A stretch of 64,000 bases of DNA from Vermamoeba vermiformis (lineage: Eukaryota), in the NCBI GenBank assembly GCA_045837725.1, contig JBEWZL010000011.1, forward strand, positions 372,001-436,000, in the 5' to 3' direction. Both the position numbers and the translations under genes were made by a program. This document shows, piece after piece, positions 57,153 through 64,000 of this stretch (the stretch's first letter is position 1; each line of letters starts with the position of its first letter). The notes under the pieces were generated by a model. It was given only the letters and a program-made list of their open reading frames with translations. It was not told where the DNA came from and searched no databases.

Positions 57153-60100
57153 AGTTAATTAACAGGTCTTGATTTAGATCTGCTCATTATCCTGTTGGAC
57201 GCAATCTAGAAGGGTGACGGCTTCTTATCTACGAAAGAGAGCCGAAGTTTGTAACGGTAAGTTCGCCTCATTTTCTCGGCAGATCTGCTTCAATAGCGGA
57301 TCCGGTCATACTTTTTTATTCTTTTCGTCTTATTTATACTCTTATTTGAATAGTAACGAGTTACAATCGCTCTTCTCTACGACGGAAACAACAGTTGTGG
57401 ATCGCAAAAGTAGATTGCCCATTTTATTGCCTTGCTTAATTTCAGTAAGTCTATATCGTTACGATACAACCGACGCATATATATTAACATGATTATTAAA
57501 CAGTTCTGGATAGAATACCACAAAGTATTAATCTTCGGTTATGCCTTAAACATTATTTTGTTAAGGAGCGCGACTCCAGTAAGTTCAACGTTAAAATTAA
57601 TTCGAACATGCGATATTAATTTCATTTAATTAGTTGCTACGTTTGAAAACAAGCAAAAAAGGTCTTTCTGGCAAATCCGACAGAACCCTGAGTATACCGC
57701 TTGAAATACCACTAGCCTTCCAAGAGATACGCTGCTGCACAAGGAAATAATAGTAAGTCATATTGAACGTTAAATTTAAATTTCTTTAAAAAATGCGTAA
57801 TTTGTCTGAAATTAGTCAATTATATCGTTTGACCTTCACAATATTTAATTAATATTGTTCGCCGGATTCAAATTCAACTTACTTTTTTCGCGAATGCGTC
57901 CGATAATTTATTATGCAATTCAAATCGTGCCTGTTTTTGCAACGGTTGTACAAATATGACTGTTTTAATTATATTATTATTACATTATATCTCGATGCGT
58001 GCGATGAGCCTAATATTTTTTTAGTATGAAGATTGGCATCGTTATCGAAATCCATCGTCGACGAGGAAGATCCGCTATGGAACACTTTCGCTTCAAGCCC
58101 GAAAGAGCTCAACGCATCCTAAATGCAGTGCAAAAGATGGGAAGTTAGGCACCTTATTACTAAACGCATCGCCTCTCCTTCATTCCACGGTCGTTACGCA
58201 AAGAAAATTCAAAATTCCGAAAAAGGTAATTACTTAATTAAGAATACTTAAAAAAACATTCTAATCTTCGTAATTAGGTAGAAATTATGGCTTACAAAAC
58301 AGTTCGACTACGGCATCACGAAGAAGACTTAAATGTGCATAGCCTCCTTTGCAATTCAAAAATACGCAGTGCCCTTTAACATACGATAGTACTTATACTT
58401 ACGCGTTTGCGTGACAAGATACATGCGCATAGCCTCTTTTACAATTCAAAAATGCCCATCTGGACCCGGATCTGATCGCCGATAAATAGGCAACTTAGGC
58501 AAGTCTACAATAGCACTATTCGATCAGTTGCTGACTCTATTTTTAGACCAAGTTCGGACACACCCGAGACGTGTTAGTAATATGATAGGTACTGCTCTAA
58601 AATAAGCGTTTTGACGACCAGGACAACTGACAGAGCTTCGGGCGCTCGGCCAGCCGGATCATGAACCGCTACATCTAAGACTTCAAAGCGCATAGATCGT
58701 TTTAATCTGTCCGAAAGTCAAATTCGTTGAAGGAGCAGCAGTGCCAGTTAGATCCGACCGAAGATATGAATGAGAGTATGGCAACATTCTCTTCGTTATG
58801 AATCAACCAGAGACTACTCTTGCAGGCCTGGCACGTACCCGTTACTCAATTGAAGCGAGGTAAGTACTAAATATATATATCTATACAAAAATTTGACACG
58901 TGTCATTTCACGAAATCGCGAACGTGTCAAAAGTGACACGTGTCACTCGAAATTTTTTTTAACTGTGGCTAATTTTACGACTTTTAGTACTGAGGCATGT
59001 TACAACCGGCCTCATATGACGAAGAAAGTATCCAATGACTTTCGCTCCGAAGCTGTCTCTAGGCAACCGGCACGATTATTCTTGGTACGTAGCAGAGTTA
59101 ACACCAAAATATCATTGCAAATATTTACGACCGGTTTCTTATTAAATGATCGTTTAAGGGCAAGAGATAAGAACAAAAGAAGACCTAACGCGACACCGGA
59201 TGCTTCAGAAAAATTTGCTCAAGCAACTGTCTCTCCGTTGCGCTTAATTTATCGGGTAAGCCTAACATTAATTCTATTCGTTTAAAATGAATTTTCTAAC
59301 TTAATTAGTGGTCGTAAAATTGGCAAAGAATTTGGCTACTCGCACCTTTAATTTAAATTTTTATTACTTGCCGCGCATTTTTATCTTACGACTTTATTAT
59401 TAGACGGCTCTTGATGTCCATTTGTCGCTGTATAGTACTGTCCATTGAAAGTCAACCAGGAATGACGTACCACTGCCAGAGCAAAGTTATCCAACACATC
59501 GGACATGGTTGTCATGCGGAATTATTACAATCGCTCCCACCAGAAGAAACTGTCGGCAAAGACCTTGCAGCCTCCTACGACCAAAGTTGCAGTAACAACG
59601 ATGGAGCAGCACACGAGGCTGGAACAAGAATACGCATGGGTGTTCAACGGTCTTCTGGAACTGGATCCGCTCATGGCTCTAAACGTACGTAATAATGCTG
59701 TCAATGTGTTGAATTATTTTCTAAGTAATTAATTATTTTTAGTACGTTCTGGTCGTTACCTCTTGGCTTCCGGGCACCGAACTCGTAGAACAAGTGCAGT
59801 AAAGATAACGTAAGTATTGATCGTGAAATATAAGCCATACTGATTTATTTTATTAGCTTCAACTGGACAACAAGGATTGTGCAACTGGAGGTTGTTTTTA
59901 GTCTTGGCGACTGCAGTTTTCTCCGTTGACTCGGCTGGGCGACCGCGCTTTGGTTTGGGCAAGGACTGATCGTCATCGCGATGTAGTGCTGCTATCAAAG
60001 GCGTTCTGTTCTTCGAGAACAGCTGGCTCTTCAACCATCTCAGGGGTAGTGCGTTCCTCGAGTTTTATGGGCAAGGGGGCACGCTGGTTCGCCAAATCTG

Positions 60101-61293
60101 CAGGGCACCTGGCAAGTTGGTCGATGGAGCCCTTCGACGTCAATACAGGCGTGTTGCGAAGCATTGGAGCAGGTGCACTGTGAAGTACTTGAGAACGAGC
60201 GTACGGTAAGTGCTATGAATTTGATACCATTATTTATTTGTTACTGAATATTCCTTAGGATCTATCGAGATCTTCAGCGGATCGGGCCACGTTAACCTCG
60301 ACGACTAACTTAAACAGTGTAACAGAAGAATATTTCAACATCGTTTACGTGTCGTGTTGTGAAGGTCAGACCAGGTCTGATCTTTCGTCTTCGGTCTGTC
60401 GTTAGTAAACTTGTATAAACCTGAAAAAGTTTCCTATTCATTGACAAAGAACTCGAAAAATACAGCGCTCGTCACGGTCTGACTGCAATCACTTTGACTT
60501 GTGTAAAACAGACGAAATGATTAATTTCGCTCACTTCTAAAGCAGCGACATGATGATAAAATAATATCTGTACGGAACAAGCGTTCGTTGCTACGTCCTG
60601 GGATCTGGTGACAAGACATCATTCTTAATATTGCAAGTACATCAAACAAGGCGAAATGTCGAGAGCACAAAGTCCTAGGACTTTCGTCACCAAGTCGGAT
60701 CTCGCAAACTTTTCTCACTAATTTTGTCTGATCTCCTCGTGGCAGGAGACACACACCGCCAAATAGGCGACGGATTAGCATACATGCTCAAAATGGAAGG
60801 ACCGGTAGTTTACGCATATTCCTAATTTAGGAGAGGATTCTTACAATTTATCAGAATTTCTGACCGCTCAAGCTTAAAATAGATCCGTAAAAATGCCATT
60901 ATTATCGCACACTAGAAATGACCAGCATATTAGATATCCCTCAGGAAATATTTTATTTAATTGCTCAATACGAGCTCGATTTGTTGGACCTCGGAGCGTT
61001 GCTTTGGAGCTGTAAAACACTAAATCGACGTGTAGGAGAAGATCTGCCGTTACAAAAATTATTTCTCGATAATACACAGTAAGAACGATATTATTATATT
61101 GCGATTGCACGAAGTAGCTTCATTCAATTTTATATCAAATTTAATAATTAAAATAATATCGGGCCAATTTCAAAGGATTTGGCACCTACAAAACCACTGT
61201 ATATTAACGAATCATATTAAAATCATTTGTTTTTAATATTAAATATTAAAATAAGGCATCGATATTGTAACTGACCTTCCTAAATCCAGCGTT

Positions 61294-63594
61294 ATGCTAC
61301 GCGGGCCAAGCGGTTCGTCTGTACGACGCAAATACGTCGAAGAAAAAACTGCAGTAAGTACCGGTATTACTATAGTAATATTATTTGTATTCATGATTCG
61401 TTGTCAGTACGGCATTCGGTGCAACGATCCGGATGGGGTGCTAATGAGCTTTCCGAAATTAACGCCAAAAGAGATCCTGAAGGTTTTGAAAGTTGCTAAT
61501 AATAGAATAACGCGCGAATTAAATCGGCAAATTATTGTCGATGACATTCTCAAGGCAGATGCGGACAAAGTGCTGGATTTCATTATTAAGGTACGAAGAT
61601 CTCGGTTGCAATTTCTTTTCTTAATGATATTAATATGATATAATATATAGAGTTTGATCGAGAATGCTACGCCCGAAGAAAAGAATTCTTCGATCAACGA
61701 AATTTTGTCGCTTTTTTTTGGATCGTACCTTCCTGATGTTTCAAAGTTGACAAAAGACGGAGCCGACGCTCATATTAACACTATTATGACTAAAAAGATT
61801 ATGCCTGTCTTACTGAAGTATATGCATGAGCACCAAAGCATCGTTCTGGCGAGTATCATAACCGCATCCAATTATTACTCGGTGTCGTGGTCAAATTCAG
61901 TAAGCCAAAAAATACCTACAACAACATAATATTGCTTCTAAAATATATTACATATTTATTAGTATTCTAGAAACTTGAATAATATTTTTTCTTAGAATCT
62001 TGCACCGTTGGATGTGTTAGCAGTGTTGTTAAGGCTATTCCCGACATATCCGCAATATAAATTCGATCTCAACGCACCAATCAGCAGCGACAATCATCAG
62101 TCATTAGCCCCAGGCTACTTAGTAAGTAAAACTGATTAATTTTTTATTGATCGGTTGAAGTTGGTACATCCGGATCTGAAACATTACTGCTTCATATGTG
62201 ATGATTATAATAATCTAATCGGTCTATTTTACATATCAGATTCATCCGCTTGAGTTCTGCGTGGCTATCAATGCTGCGGATGCGTTCAATTTCTTAAAGA
62301 AGAACGGATCCAAGCTCGACAAAGAGGCACCGTACTTGCCTTTAGCATTATATAATAATCGATTGAATACAACACATCTCGTTCAAGAAATTGTTGCGAA
62401 CAAATACGGTAAGCAATATAATACAATAATACCATAAAAACCAAAATGAAATTGACTAATATTGACTATTTTTTCCAAGAAATCAACAAACCTTTACCCG
62501 CGTACCTTCAATATATCGAGGCAACCACCATTTTAGGCTGGACGTTACGTTACTTTAAAGATAGCGAATCTACATCCCGTGTGGATCATTGGTAAGCTTT
62601 ATCTCATTTAAGCTAATATTCAATACGAATTACTCTCGTTTTAGTAAAAACGTTGAATTCTTTAAAATTAAGCACTAAACTAAATCTTGAGATGGCTAGC
62701 TGACTATAGTTATTAAATATATGGTATCATATTCCTATAACTTAAACAATACCAAATAATCACTTGGTGTTGTTCCAACGGTTAAGATCTGGATCCGCTA
62801 AATTAATAATAATTTCGTCAGATCAGCCTAAGTGACCACCAAACACAAGCTTATATTGAATTATTATATTAAACTTATTGAAACGAGAGTAATTGTCGTG
62901 GTTTAGGTTCATTGAGTACTTGTTGAACAACGGTGCAAAGTTGGCGAAAGAAGAGGAAGAAAAGTATTTGAATATAGAACCGACGCACTGGGCCTATAAA
63001 GCAGCGCATATAGCAAAACAACCCACTGGGTACAGTACGCTGCCTCGTCGAGTGTAAGATCCACATCCAATATTTTTTTTGCAATGAGTGAAAGAACTCA
63101 TCTCATGTGTTTTACCTAATTAGGAAAATTGACTTTGGCAATCGCACTAGCGTCCAATTCCAAGACCCTCATCTAGGATATTCTTTGCTCTTAAACAGTA
63201 CTGGCGAGTTCCAGTGCGTCAAATGTACGTAGTTCCTAAAAAGGAAATAATGTAACTTTTAGACTTGGTTTAAAATGTAGACTAATGCTATTTTAAAAGC
63301 TGGCACGTACACGGGCAATTGGATCCCGGGCAATCAAAAGGGCACGATTGTTTGTAAATCAGCGAAGAAGCGACAATATATCAGCTGGGGCAGCTATGGC
63401 TATGGTGGTGAAGAAGTTGTTAATGACAACTCTATATTCAAGTTTTACGTGGTTTTGTAAGGACGATGATCGAAATTTCAATATCGGCAGTATTTAATAA
63501 CTACTATTTTAGGATGTACGATGATACGATTGCTGTTATGCTCGACAACGTTCCACAAGATTCATATAAGGATTTGTGGAGAGTTTATCAGTAA
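61294..63594 (+). CDS. Hypothetical multi-exon protein with degenerate ankyrin-like repeats
   Basis: Exons join in frame: HPLEFCVAINAADAFNFLKKNGS and FIEYLLNNGAKL. The donor GT|GTAAGA at 63054 extends the gene to ...KDLWRVYQ*. Confidence 0.65.
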
Positions 63595-64000
63595 AAAGTT
63601 CGACTCTCGAAATATCCAACTTTTGAAAGGTCGATTAAAAAATTTCCGCCCCTAATTAGTACGTTTAATCAAGCACCTACAGCACTTTGTTCCAGCATCC
63701 AAGTTGCAGTTTAACGGTCACGTAACTCTGGCACTAACGGCTGAACCCAAATCGAACAGTCGATGACTCGAAGGTCACAACGATTTGGACGATAAAGGAC
63801 TTTGTCCAAGCTGCACCATGCTGCCAATTCACAAAAAAATAATTCGTCGCGGAACGGCGGCTCAAACACAACGCGCAGATAATACTTATTGTTCGATGAA
63901 ACATGAGTTTCCTATTTTGGAAATGAACAGACGAACCGATTGTCTTAGCAATCGCGTTGACTAAAGAAGTTAAGTTTGACTTGAATATAAGATAGACACA

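Noticed and set aside
58333-58456. Two ~35-bp direct repeats (GCATAGCCTC...CAATTCAAAAAT) resembling a mini CRISPR array
   Set aside because: Only two imperfect copies, eukaryotic context and no cas genes; a local duplication.
63660-64000. Possible minus-strand exon at the window end
   Set aside because: Splice-like sites are present, but no supportable reading frame or family within the window.

Overview
Eukaryotic, AT-rich, gene-dense window with many short GT-AG introns and the standard genetic code. It is probably from a free-living protist such as an amoebozoan (inference only). Recognisable genes: an ABCC/MRP transporter, two VIT-vWA (vWA5A-like) paralogs each followed by tRNA-Leu(AAG), three ependymin-like secreted proteins, an SLC45/SUC-type MFS transporter, a tetraspanin, several F-box-like, LRR and ankyrin-like genes, and a family of secreted Cys-rich proteins with either an MRH domain or a Ser/Pro/Asp repeat N-terminus. 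Two observations stand out. (1) After manual splicing, both VIT-vWA proteins carry a circularly permuted Rab-like GTPase with motif order G2-G3-G4-G5-G1, unlike the known cpRAS and YlqF permutations. (2) Four ORF-less spliced loci each carry the same 144-nt intronic hairpin with invariant arms and G·U-biased pairing, resembling a pre-miRNA family. Introns also repeatedly contain a GACACGTGTC palindrome and GATC-rich tracts. Exon boundaries were inferred by eye and no database searches were run.
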